64,000 bases of DNA, from positions 456,004 through 520,003 of the forward strand of contig MU006096.1 in the NCBI GenBank assembly GCA_010093705.1, given 5' to 3'. The notes under the pieces are model-generated. The model made no database searches, had not been told where the DNA came from, and worked only from the letters and a program-made list of their open reading frames with translations. This stretch comes from Patellaria atrata CBS 101060. Taxonomy: Eukaryota. How positions within the stretch are numbered: position 1 is the first letter of the stretch; the number at the start of each line of letters is the position of its first letter. The position numbers and the translations under genes were made by a program. Of the stretch, positions 40,094-51,985 are shown piece after piece.

Positions 40094-41638
40094 ATGTTGC
40101 TCTTTAGCCCGGTCCTTTCGTTGCTAGCGCTCTCTGTCGTCGGACAACAATTCACGAATCCTGTACTATGGGAGGATCTTGCTGATACCGACGTAATTCG
40201 AGTCAATGACACTTATTATCTTACTTCTTCAACAATGCACTATTCCCCTGGTGCACCGATCCTCCGATCATACGATCTCGTCAACTGGGAATACATCTCT
40301 CATGCTGTCCCTCGTCTGGACTGGGGCTCAAAGTATGACCTTACTGGTGGACAACGAGCGTACGTTGAAGGGATCTGGGCGTCAACATTCAACTATCGCA
40401 AGAGTTCGCGAACTTACTACTGGCTCGGTTGCATTCGTGGCTCTAACACTCAAATCTACACGGCACCGGCCGCAGAGGGTCCCTGGAGTAGGAAAGGCAC
40501 CATTAGCAACTGCTACTATGATGCAGGCCTTCTCGTCGATCCCGATACCGATATCATGTATGTCGCTTACGGAAACACCCAACTCAGCGTCGCACAGCTC
40601 TCCTCCGACGGCCTTAGTCAGGCACGCACTCAAAATGTTTTCAACTCCCCCTCAAACATCGGAACCCTCGAGGGAAGTAGATTCTATAAACGCAACGGAA
40701 ACTACTATATCTTTGTAACTAAACCCGCTAACGGACAATACGTTCTTAAAGCTAGTAGTCCCTGGGGACCCTATACTTCCAAACAGCTATTATTCAACAT
40801 CCAGACTCCAATCGCAGGTGGTGGGATTCCTCATCAAGGTGGTCTCGTGGAGACTCAGAATGGGGTTTGGTACTACATGGCCTTTGTAGATTCTTATCCC
40901 GGCGGCCGTATCCCGGTGCTTGCACCTATAACTTGGGACTCTGACGGCTTTCCCGTAATTCAAACTGTCAATGGGGGTTGGGGTGCTTCGTATCCCTATC
41001 CTCTTCCAAAACGGGTGCTTGAGTCTCCTGTTGGTACGGATACGTTCAACTCAACTTCTTTGAGCCATCATTGGGAATGGAACCACAACCCCGAAATCTC
41101 GAAGTTCAGCGTTGGTGCTGGTCTAAAACTGGAGACAGTGACCGTGACGAATGATCTTTACGTAGCACGAAATACAGTCTCGCGTCGCATCCTAGGTCCT
41201 GCTTCGACCGCAACGATTGTGCTCGACTACTCAGGAATGAAACAAGGAGACCGCGCAGGGCTAGCTCTTCTCCGCGATCAGTCTGCTTGGATTGGGATCA
41301 AGAATGACAGCGGCACATTCCGTGTGATCATGGTCAACGGTGTTGCTATGAACAGCAACTGGTCCACCAGAAGCACTGGCTCGGAAGTTTCTGCTACAAC
41401 GGTGACAGGTGGTAAAATCTGGCTTCGAGCATCTGCCGATATTCGGCCCGGTTCTGGGAGACAAGGAAGGTTTTCTTACAGTACAGATGGTAAGACTTTT
41501 ACAACATTTGGAAATGCGCTGGTGATGAACAATGATTGGCATTTTTTTATGGGATATCGATTCGCGGTTTTCAATTATGCTACTACTTCTTTAGGAGGGG
41601 AGGTCATAGTTGAGGAGTTTACTTTGACTGCGGCATAA
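40094..41638 (+). CDS. Secreted GH43 beta-xylosidase/arabinofuranosidase
   Basis: Signal peptide, NPVLWEDLADTD, SYDLVNWE, WAS, LEGSRFYK, HQGG, GRIPVL and WEWNHNP. Intronless. Confidence 0.92.
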   Translation: MLLFSPVLSLLALSVVGQQFTNPVLWEDLADTDVIRVNDTYYLTSSTMHYSPGAPILRSYDLVNWEYISHAVPRLDWGSKYDLTGGQRAYVEGIWASTFNYRKSSRTYYWLGCIRGSNTQIYTAPAAEGPWSRKGTISNCYYDAGLLVDPDTDIMYVAYGNTQLSVAQLSSDGLSQARTQNVFNSPSNIGTLEGSRFYKRNGNYYIFVTKPANGQYVLKASSPWGPYTSKQLLFNIQTPIAGGGIPHQGGLVETQNGVWYYMAFVDSYPGGRIPVLAPITWDSDGFPVIQTVNGGWGASYPYPLPKRVLESPVGTDTFNSTSLSHHWEWNHNPEISKFSVGAGLKLETVTVTNDLYVARNTVSRRILGPASTATIVLDYSGMKQGDRAGLALLRDQSAWIGIKNDSGTFRVIMVNGVAMNSNWSTRSTGSEVSATTVTGGKIWLRASADIRPGSGRQGRFSYSTDGKTFTTFGNALVMNNDWHFFMGYRFAVFNYATTSLGGEVIVEEFTLTAA

Positions 41639-42083
41639 CTTCAAATTTGGCCAGTAAAAATATACGAGGCCTTGGAAACTTTATGGTGGCTAGATGTTGT
41701 ATGCTGCTAAGTTCACCGCATATGTGATCTTGTGATGAAGGTTGATAGATGCTTCTGAGGTCTGGCAAAGCTTGTGTTGAGATGATCGATCTATAATTTA
41801 TCCAGTATATCTGACTTCCTAACATAGAACTTAGATTCAATCTCATGGTGTACCATCTTAAAAGTTCCGGTCCGTCTCTCGCAATAATGTTGCTAACCTC
41901 TTTAGGTAGTCGGGATCAGCGTTGGGATTTCAATTCCGGGGAAAGCCCGAATTACCTCATCGTCCTAAGGTATCCCAAGTGGTGTGATAATTCGACAACA
42001 ATACATTCAGCTAGAGCCACAGAAGAGAAATATAGCCTCAATCTCTTTCTTGCTACAATTGCTAAATCAAACCCTCGCTGTTG

Positions 42084-42839
42084 ATGCTTCTACCGCCTAG
42101 GCGCAACCTTCTACCTCTCCTCCGCACAATGTCAACCACCAGCAGCCTCAGCCCGCCTCAAAAACTAATCTTCGCCCCCGGCCGCACAAACTCCACCCAC
42201 CAAGCCGAGCAATACACGAAAGGCTCCTTGGACTCCTCTCAACTCCTGCCAGACCCCCTCGCCCAGTTCCACCGCTGGTTCACCCACGCTCGCGAATCCG
42301 CCGTGCACCAGCCCGAAACTCTCACCTTCAGCACCGCGCATCTTCCCTCCGGCCGTGTCTCCGCGCGGACCGTCTATCTCAAAGAGCTTGACGCCCGTGG
42401 CTTCGTCATCTACTCGAACTGGGGCACCTCGCGCAAAGCGGCTGACGTGGCCAGCAATCCGCACGCGGCGATGACGTTTTGGTGGCACGAGCTCGAGCGG
42501 CAGGTGAGAGTGGAAGGGAAGGTGGAGAGGTTGGGTAAGAAGGAGAGTCAGGTGTATTTTGATACGCGGATACGAGGGAGCAGGATTGGAGCGTGGGCGA
42601 GCCGACAGAGCGAGGTGTTGAGGGGACGGGAGGAGTTAGAGGAGAGGGTTAGTGAGGTGGAGAGCACATTTCAGGGGGTGGAGAAGATTCCGGTGCCTGA
42701 GTTTTGGGGGGGTTTGAGGGTCGTGCCTGAAGTGATTGAGTTTTGGCAGGGGAGGGAGAGTAGGTTGCATGATCGGTTTAGGTACACGAGGGGGGGGGAA
42801 GAGGATAAGGTATGGGTTAAGGAGAGACTCAGTCCATAG
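42084..42839 (+). CDS. PDX3: Pyridoxamine 5'-phosphate oxidase
   Basis: SARTVYLK, ERQVRVEG, SRIGAWASRQS, EFWQGRESRLHDR and ERLSP. Confidence 0.95.
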   Translation: MLLPPRRNLLPLLRTMSTTSSLSPPQKLIFAPGRTNSTHQAEQYTKGSLDSSQLLPDPLAQFHRWFTHARESAVHQPETLTFSTAHLPSGRVSARTVYLKELDARGFVIYSNWGTSRKAADVASNPHAAMTFWWHELERQVRVEGKVERLGKKESQVYFDTRIRGSRIGAWASRQSEVLRGREELEERVSEVESTFQGVEKIPVPEFWGGLRVVPEVIEFWQGRESRLHDRFRYTRGGEEDKVWVKERLSP

Positions 42840-43031
42840 TGTCAGCCTCATCTTAATCTGATATCTGATGAATATTTGTCTCACGTGCACTCGATCTCTT
42901 TGGACATGAGAAGGAACATATAGAGGAGCATTTTATGTTTAATCAATGCTTGAATATAACCACAAAAGGACGATGTTCAATACCTTGTGTTACTCTTTCT
43001 CCATTCATTCATAGAGAAGCTTCTCCAAACA

Positions 43032-45391
43032 CTACACCGTCCCGAATCTCCCCTTCAATTTCTCAAAATGGTGGATATTCGCGACACTAGGTTTAACAAC
43101 CGCTCTCGCCTGCTCAATATCTCCAACTTCCAATTCCTCCGCACCCCTTTTCAGGGCGATCTGCCCAGCTTTCCGTAATAGACTTGACAAATCCGCCCCG
43201 CTAAACCGTTCACAATACTGAGCTTGCTTCCCCAATCGCTCTGTTCCCTGAGAACACGTGATACCCGCATTTTTGATCAATGTAGTCAATATCTCCACAC
43301 GTTCTTGGGGTCCGGGTAAGCCAACGTATAGTGGTGTCTCCAATCGCCCAGGCCTTAACATAGCATCGTCCACCACATCGGGCCGGTTGGTCGCTGCTAC
43401 GACGTAGATGCCTTCTCGGGCGGATAGGCCGTCCAGTTCGGTGAGGAGAGTATTGACGACCCGGGAACTGACTTCGGACATGTCGGATCCTCTTTTAGGG
43501 ACAAGTGCATCTAGTTCGTCGAAGAAGATGACGCAGGGTATAGAGGAGCGGGCGCGGGTGAATAGGGTGCGGAGAGCGCGTTCAGATTCGCCAACAAACT
43601 GGAAAATAGATTAGCATGAAAATGATGGAGGACCGAGCGAGGAGATCGAAATACCTTGTTAAGTAGTTCGGGTCCTTTGACACTGATAAAGTTCGCCTTC
43701 GATTCCGCCGCCACCGCTTTGGCAAGCAGAGTCTTGCCACAACCCGGAGGGCCCCAGAGTAGCACACCAGTTGGAGCCGAGATACCAACCTTTTTGAACC
43801 TTGCCGGATCCATGATTGGCTCCACGATAGCTGTTATGAGTTCATCACGAACGGATTGTAGAGCGCCGATGTCAGCCCAGGTGATATCGGGAATTGTGGC
43901 GAACCCTTCGCGTTTAGAAGACGGTTGTATGTCAGGGAGAACGGTTAGAAATGCTTCCATGGTGATGGCTGTGTCCTCAAACCCAACAGGGCGAGGCATG
44001 TTCTTATCCTGAACCCGTGTGATCAATCTAGTTATCGATTGATCAACTTCTGACTGTCCTTGTGTTTCATTTTGTCTCTCTCCGTTATCGAGATCCATCT
44101 CCATGCTCCCACCTAGCCCATTCCTCTCAGATGCTTGTTCTTGCACCAATGCTATATCTGCAGACTGTTTCTCCAAAGCCTCTCTGTACTGGTCCATACT
44201 CCACGTCCCCGCCTTTCCTACAAGGTCTCGTAAATCCGCACCCACGAATCCCGGTGTTCTTTTTGCTAACTCAGCAAAGTCTACATCAGCCGCAATATGC
44301 GCATCTCTAGTCTGCGCTCTTAAAATGAGTTCACGCATCCGTTCATTCGGCACACCCATGTTGATCTCTGTGTCAAACCTTCCACCACGCCTAAGTGCCG
44401 GATCAAGACTGTCAGGGCGATTAGTTGCTGCCAGTACAATGACAGGCTTACCATCATTAGACTCCATGGCAAGACTATCCATTGAAATCAACAACTGAGC
44501 CACGATCCTCTTCTCCATCTGTGACTGAGCTGTATCTCGCTTTGGCGCAATAACATCAATCTCATCGATAAAGATTAAGCATGGCGCCTGTTTCCGCGCT
44601 TCAGCAAAATGTTCGCGAATCTGCCTTTCAGATTCTCCCGACATGCCCGAAACAACGGATGGCCCGAGAATTTCGATAAATGGAACACCAAGTTTTGCCG
44701 CAAAAGCACGGGATATGACTGTCTTGCCGCAACCTGGTGGCCCGTGGAGGAGTATGCCTCGGGGAATGGGAATACGGCGCTTGACATATTCTTCGGGTGC
44801 CAGAAGAGGGAGAACTAAATGATTCTTGAGTTGTAGTTTAATATTATCTACACCTCCGACGTCTTCTAGCTTGACATGTGTCGGTGGCGATACTGTTATT
44901 CCTCTATCCCTATCCCTATCCCTCTCACGTCCAGCTTCGTCCACCTTCTTTCTTTTAGCCTTCGGTTCGCCATTGGTTTGCCTCTGACCATCTCTCTTCT
45001 TGGTCTCTCCGTTTGGTAGCTGTACCGGCGTAACAGCACCAGAATGTGCCCAAGAGCCAACTATACTCCTATTCATTGCATTTGTGTCCGGTACTTCGCC
45101 CTTGGTAGATGGGTTATCACCAGATTCGCCCTCTAACGCTTCCATCTCGTCTTCACCGGAGTCCGCTTCGTCACGCAAAACATCCAGAACTCTTTCTACA
45201 CTGGCACACAAAACATCCTTTTTTTGGCGTTTTAAACTAGAGTTAGACCGTTGAATATGATCATATATAGCGTATACGGATGCGGTTGCAGCACGGTCGA
45301 CCCGATCATCTAGGTATCGCATTACTACAGTAAATACATCTTTATCAAGCCTGCCTTGGAGGGAAGCTCGTGGTCGGAACTTCGGCGGCAT
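43032..45391 (-). CDS. RIX7: Ribosome biogenesis AAA ATPase Rix7/NVL
   Basis: Two Walker A motifs (GPPGCGKT), QPSSKREGFATIPD and SVKGPELLNK. One intron near 43600-43655. Confidence 0.92.
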
Positions 45392-45588
45392 CGTTTCGTT
45401 GCGCTGCGCGCCAATCAAGGTATTCTAGTCGGGTATGAACAAAGTCGTAAGAAAAATATTTCGAGGTGTGATTGTAGACCAGATCCTTCCCCGTAAGATT
45501 AGCGCTATCGATAAGATGTGAGATCATCCAAGTAAGCTCCCCGATCCCTGTACACAACAAATCAATTTACTACCAAATAGACGATATA

Positions 45589-46344
45589 ATGGGAAATTCG
45601 GGGAGTTCTAATAAGGTATCCGCGCAGGATAAGTATGTATTCTTCTTACTATGCTATCCCCCCTCTATCTTCCAATATTATTGCTCCTCAGAGCTGACTA
45701 TAGTCCGGACAGGGCAATCCTCGACATGAAGAACCAGCGCGACAAACTCCACCAGTATCAAAAGAGGATTACCGTCATAACGAACCGGGAGACAGAAGTT
45801 GCGCGTGAATGTCTTCGTAAAGGCGATAAGTCGAAAGCGTTACTGGCACTGCGGCGGAAAAAATACCAAGAGTCTTTGCTGGCGAAGACGGATGCGCAAC
45901 TAGCACAACTAGAGATATTGACAGCAGATGTAGAGTTTGCACTCGTCCAGAAGGATGTTTTGTTTGGTTTGAAACAAGGTACAGCCGTACTAAAGGAGAT
46001 TCACCGGGAAATGGGCGGGTTAGAGGCTGTAGAAAAGCTCATGGAGGAGAATGAGGAGGCGCTGGCATATCAAAGAGTAGGCTACAGGTTGATTTGTGCG
46101 TCGTATATTCACAGAGCTGACAAAGTTGTAGGAAATTTCGGAGACTCTCGCAGGCAAGATGTCCAATCAGGATGAAGATGAAGTGGAGGACGAGCTAGAT
46201 GCACTGGAAAGAGAAGTGACAGATGTAAATGTTACCATGCCCGACGTACCAACTGCAGAATTACCGCTGGCAGAAGACTTGAATAGACAGAAAGATAGAG
46301 CGAAAAGAAGAAGAGAACGAGATGAAGCTCTCGTAGCTGCATGA
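45589..46344 (+). CDS. VPS20: ESCRT-III subunit Vps20/CHMP6
   Basis: Myristoylation-type start MGNSGS, then AQD|RAILDMKNQRDKLHQYQ and ALLALRRKKYQESLL. Confidence 0.92.
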
Positions 46345-46576
46345 TTCATGCTAACTATCTACGCCGCATACGATACCACTTGTTCATTGTATATATGATA
46401 GTGGTTATGAGAACTCTTGTGCCCTCTCTAACGTACAAATACTGTTGATAGATGGGAAAGGGAAGTGCCATAGTGGATGGTGTTCCACACTGTCGATGCA
46501 GCTATTCGTATTCCGTTTCACGTCCTCGATCAGGTCATACTCCCAGTACACCACCTCTGCATGGTAGTTCTCGCTC

Positions 46577-47312
46577 CTATCCACCTATATCTCTACCAAC
46601 AGCATCTTTCGTCCCTACTATACTCTTATGATCCGCAGGATTGGCTGCCGCCTCGTACAAGAAGTTCACCGGCTCTTTATTCAACTTCATGAACTCCCCT
46701 TTGAATGCGATATAATTTATTCTTGTCACATCCTCGTCACCTTCGCCGAAGTTATCCTCGAAGAACAGACTTACGGAACGAGTGGTGTTGAAAAGAGCAC
46801 GCTTCACAGGGTGTTCTTGTATCTTAGAAGTCTGTGACAGTTCCAATGTCTGCGCGGGGTCAAGGTCGGAGGCAGTTTCGAAGTCGATCTTATCGCAATT
46901 CTTGAAGATCTTCAATGTTTTTGGTGCTGATGCTGTCGGAGATGTGCGCAGTAGAATGCTGTGCAATTTCACCTGTCCCGCAAAACTGTAGCATCCAGTG
47001 TTAGACTTAATCGTGTATTGAAGTACTGTACAGCTTTGTTCTTATTGCTCGAACTCACGGTACAATCATAAGCAATTGTTCATCGGTATCACTCTGAAGT
47101 TCGGGTTCTGGTTCCAGCCTTTGTGCCCATGTCTTTTGCAGTATTTTTGCACCTGAGCGAGGCTCGGTCTCATTCAAGGTTGTAACAGCGCTGAAGTCAA
47201 TTTGTCCGTATAATAAGTTTTGAAGAGCGGGAGTTATATTGTCTGAATGGTCGTGAGAACCCTCACCGTGATCATGGCCGTCGTGACCGTGTTCATCGTG
47301 ACAGTGGGACAT
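46577..47312 (-). CDS. PITH domain protein (PITHD1/DUF1000)
   Basis: MSHCHDEH, LQSDTDEQLL, VKLHSI and YEAAANPADHK. Confidence 0.9.
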
Positions 47313-48173
47313 ATTGGACTGCGGAGTGGATAAGGAACACAGCTGGGGACTAAGGTTTATGATTCGTATGTTTGAGTTACTTCACAGAGTGCTATATCTA
47401 CGCACTAGGTGATGGTAGGGATTTGATCGAATGTCATTGATAGAACCCGACACTGGGTAACTACATTTTGTGTTAGGATGTTGGGTGCGGGGCAGGCAAG
47501 AACGCCTAAGGTAAGTAAGGTATAGTAGAGTAGATGCGTGTCAGGCGCGCTGTCACGTTTAAACCAAGTTCACTATAAGATCATGGATCAAGGCAATAAG
47601 GTAGCTCTTCGAGAATTCTGACCTCTGTTGAGATACTACCCTTCGTACAAGTGAAATGGGACGCTTTTGTTTGAAATGGCAATCTGAAACTGACACTGAT
47701 AGGGTAAAAGCGATCATGAGAAAGATTGCATCCTTAACACTCGTCTCTTATTACCCAAGGATACCCTCAAGTATAGTTGTACTACATGTGTACACGGGGA
47801 AATGAAGCCGTGAGCCTGGTTTGACTAGCTGAGACCTGACATTAGCGATGATCATGAGAGACAATGGCTATGTGCCGAAAGATAATCGTGGAGTATTTGC
47901 TGTCATCGAAGCCGAAAATTGAGAGGGACGGACATACTTGAGAAGAAATCCAATGGTGTGAACTATCACCTTTCTATACACTCCCAATTCAGTAAAGGAT
48001 TCCATGACTCAGAAATCCGACTGACAGGTTATAGCTGATAAGAACAGACGGAGTTCCAGGTGGTACTCTATCTTGACAACTACAAATAGCTAGTGCAGCT
48101 TTCCTGGGTGGTAGAGTTTCCATTCACGCCGCATTTCAGGATTTCAAAGCAGCTTCGAGCAGTAACCCATTCT

Positions 48174-48527
48174 TCAAATATGTTTCGTGGATCCAATCAT
48201 CTCTCCTTTAACCTTCATCCAATCAATACTATTATCAAGCTCTTCATTTACAAGCCCGCAAACAACCACAGTGTCCCCTCTGATCATGTAGAGGCCATGT
48301 TCGACTTGGGAACTATCGACTTCATCATTCTGGCTTCGTATTAAGCGCTCGATGGTGTCATTGAGGACAAGATTTGTCATCTGGTCGCAGGATAGTAGAG
48401 TTCCAACTAATGTTCGACCATCGACGGTCATTACAATGATCTTTTCTATCAAGTAACTATCAGCTTGAAGAAGGGTAAGGACAGCCTGAAGATTCCACTT
48501 ACTGTTTAGATATGGGTTTAGCGCCAT
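48174..48527 (-). CDS. LSM8: U6 snRNP Sm-like protein Lsm8
   Basis: MALNPYLN|K...VMTVDGRTLVGTLLSCDQMTNLVL and HGLYMIRGDTVVVCGLV. Confidence 0.92.
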   Translation of the reverse strand: MALNPYLNSKWNLQAVLTLLQADSYLIEKIIVMTVDGRTLVGTLLSCDQMTNLVLNDTIERLIRSQNDEVDSSQVEHGLYMIRGDTVVVCGLVNEELDNSIDWMKVKGEMIGSTKHI

Positions 48528-48801
48528 CTTGGGAAGGAATAAAGGAGTCAATTCCGTTTCCCGAAAGTGTGTTTAACAGTGAGTAAGCCAAAAGAATGAA
48601 GCAGTCCAATTGAAGCGTTAATATCAATATGAGTCGTAAGTTCCGCTGGCTAGAGGTTGGTAACTTGAGGTTTACCAGCCGGTGAGCTAACTAAGTTAAC
48701 ATTAACGTGCTTCACCAGTCAGTGGGCCACCCCACCAAGATCAACCCGCGTCTTCGCACGATTACTCCACTACAACAAAATATATTCGAAAAAAATTATG
48801 C

Positions 48802-50383
48802 TTAAGAGCTACTTAAGATACTAGTACATTGACGCCTTGTGTGGCCTTGGTTATAACAGTTAGAGCACCTTGGTGGTGCTCGCTGTCGCGTCTGACCAGC
48901 CCAGCTCTGGTCGGCCTGCTGCTCCCTATTTTCCAACTCCTCAGCTATGAGCTGAGCCCGCTGAGCCTATAAAGCCCCTCCATGCGCAATATACCTTCGG
49001 CGGTGCTGCTGCTTCTAATTTCGGCGTTGATTTTCCGTACGAAGCTCTGAATTCCCCTTTGCAAGTATGGTAGCGGAATGCATCGCCATCTGGCATCCTT
49101 TAACAAGTTGATTGATTGCTTGGCTAGTAGGGCTCTGTGACTGGCGCCGAAGGATGTCCCGTATGAGCTTTGCTTGCTGCTCTAGCTGGATAGTAGTATA
49201 TGACGTTTCTGAAGTCCATTGAGGTGCTTCCCCATTAGCCGTGCCTGGTAGAGTCGGAGTCTTCGTGATTGGAAGCAACGATATAACGCGCTCAGGATCG
49301 TACGGCACTAGGCGCGTAGCAAGAAATCCGCTTCTAATATTTTGATCTATAAAGATAGATAGCCGCGCCTTAGTATATATTGCTAGGAAGTCTTCTTTAT
49401 CAATATGGTGGACTCCATAACGAGCGAGCTTTTGAACCTCGTGACCGTACGCGACCTTTAGAGGGGAGTAGCAGCTTACGTCAAGCGGCTGAAGACGATA
49501 TAACGTATACGATAGCATATAAAGCGTAATAATCTTGTTTTCCATACAGTATTGGTCGAATTCAGGCGTCGCGTGGCTACTATAACCGTCAAGTATAAGT
49601 AGACGGTAGACCCCATTCGTACAAAACTTTATATAGTTATTAAAGTGCTTAATCCATTCAAATCCTAGTTTCTCTATTGTCCAGCATTATCGCTAACAGC
49701 GAGTATCCAGTCACTAGGTACGCTCCGATACCAGCTCGACTGGTGGAGCTTTCCTGGAAGGATGATGAAGGGCGGGATTGCCCACCCAGTCGCATTAACG
49801 CACTCAATCGCCGTCGACCATTCGCGATTGCCTAGTTGTATTAGAATTGCTCGGCCTATGGTATCGGAGCTTGTAACGACTTTCGATGTCGCAGATACAC
49901 CCATCATGAATCCAGTCTCGTCAAAGTTGTAGCTATCGTCGTCTAGGATGCCGTACTTCTGGCGCGTCTCATTTACGCGCTCGTACCACTCGCGATATAC
50001 GTCTCGATCTTCGCATTTCGCGCGTTGAGAATGGAACTTCCTATTCCATTTTGTCTATAGGTCTGGCTGGTTGTTGATAAAGCGGCATACCCAGTCCTTA
50101 CCGACAGGTGTGGGAGGAGTCTAGCCCCGCGCGGCGAGTAAATGGTCTGTCATTCGGCGTACGTCGATGATATGGGGCGGAAATCCGCGTCGGTCGAGGT
50201 CTAGGATCCATTCTACGAGTGCCTGCTCTTCAGATAGCTGTAGCTTTCGTTTTCGCGAGTTAGACGCGCTCTAAGGTATTACCCCGTATACTCGACGACG
50301 GAGTGTAGACTTTGGATTATCGTACAATGTGGCGGCCTTCCGGATACTTGAAATCCTGTTTTCTTGAAGCGGCTTAGTAGCAA
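48802..50383 (-). pseudogene. Degenerate pogo DDE transposase (left arm)
   Basis: NFDETGF and LQPLDV motifs, interrupted by several TAG stops and a frameshift near 49685; 5' end missing. Confidence 0.88.
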
Positions 50384-51985
50384 GAAGGTAGATTACTTAT
50401 TGCTACTAAGTCGCTTCAAGAAAACAGAATTTCAAGTGTCCGGAAGGCCGCCGGATTGTACGATGTTCCAAAGTCTACTCTCCATCGTCGCGTACATGGC
50501 ATAACACCTCAGAGCGTGTCTAATTCGCAAAAACAAAAGCTACAGCTATCTGAGCAGCAGGCGCTCGTAGAATGGGTCCTAGATCTCGACCGACGCGGAT
50601 TTCCGCCCCATATCATCGACGTACGACGAATGGCAGACCATTTACTCGCGGCACGCGGCCAGAATCCTCCTCCCACACCCGTTGGTAAGAACTGGGTATG
50701 CCGCTTTATCAACAACCAGCCAGACCTACAGACAAAATGGAATAGGAAGTTCCATTCTCAACGCGCGAAATGCGAAGATCGAGACATATTTCGCGAGTGG
50801 TATGGGCGTGTAAACGAGACGCGCCAGAAGTATGGCATCCTAGACGAAGATAGCTACAACTTTGACGAGACTGGATTTATGATGGGTGTATCTGCGACAT
50901 CAAAAGTCGTTACAAGCTCTGATACTATAGGCCGAGCAATTCTCATACAACCAGGCAATCGCGAATGGTCAACGGTGATTGAATGTATTAATGCCACCGG
51001 GTGGGCAATCCCGCCCTTCGTTATCCTTCCAGGAAAGCTCCACCAGTCAAGCTAGTATCAGGATCTACCCGGTGACTGGATGCTCGCTGTTAGCGATAAT
51101 GGCTGGACAACAAATAAGTTAGGATTCGAATGGATTAAGCACTTTGACAACTGTACAAAGTCTTATACAAAGGGGATCTACCGTCTACTTATACTTGACG
51201 GTCATGGTAGCCACGCAACGCCTGAATTTGACCAATACTGTATGGAAAATAAGATTATTACCCTCTGCATGCCGTCGCATACGTCATATCGTCTTCAGCC
51301 GCTTAACGTAAGCTGCTACTCCCCTCTAAAGGTTGCGTACGGTCACGAGGTTCAAGAGTTCGCCCGTCATAGAGTCCACTATATTGATAAAGAAGACTTC
51401 CTAGCAATATATACTAAGGTACGGCTATCTGTCTTTATAGATCAGAATATTAGAAGCGGATTTCTTGCTACGGGCCTAGTGCTATACGACCCTAAGCACG
51501 TCATATCGTTACTTCCAATCACGAAGACTCTGACTCCACCAGGCACGGCTAATGGGGAAGCACCTCAATGGACTTCAGAAACACCACATACTACTGCCCA
51601 GCTAGAGCAGCAGGTAAAGCTTATACGGGACATCCTTCGGCACCAGTCACAGAGCCCTACTAGCCGAGCAATCAATCAACTTGTTAAAGGATGCCAGATG
51701 GCGATGCATTCCGCTACCATACTTGCAAAGGGGAATTTAGAGCTTCGTACAGAAAATCAACGTCGAAAACGGAAGCAGCAGCACCGCCGAAGGTATATCG
51801 CGCATGGAGGGGCTCTACAGGCTCAGCAGGCCCAGCTTATAGCTGAGGAGTTGGAAAATATGGAGCAGGAGGCCGACCAGAACTGGGCTGGTCAGACGCG
51901 ACAGCGAGCAGCACCAACGTGCTCTAACTGCCATATCCAAGGCCACACAAGGCGTCAATGTACTAGTGTCTCAAGTAGCTCCTAA
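50381..51985 (+). pseudogene. Degenerate pogo DDE transposase (right arm)
   Basis: QEGRLLIA..HTH..NFDETGF..LILDGHGSH..LQPLNV..CSNCHIQGHTRRQC. In-frame TAG at 51053-51055, third catalytic Asp changed to Asn, no start codon. Confidence 0.9.

Noticed and set aside
44904..44925. (CTATCC)n microsatellite in RIX7
   Set aside because: It encodes an ordinary low-complexity RD linker.
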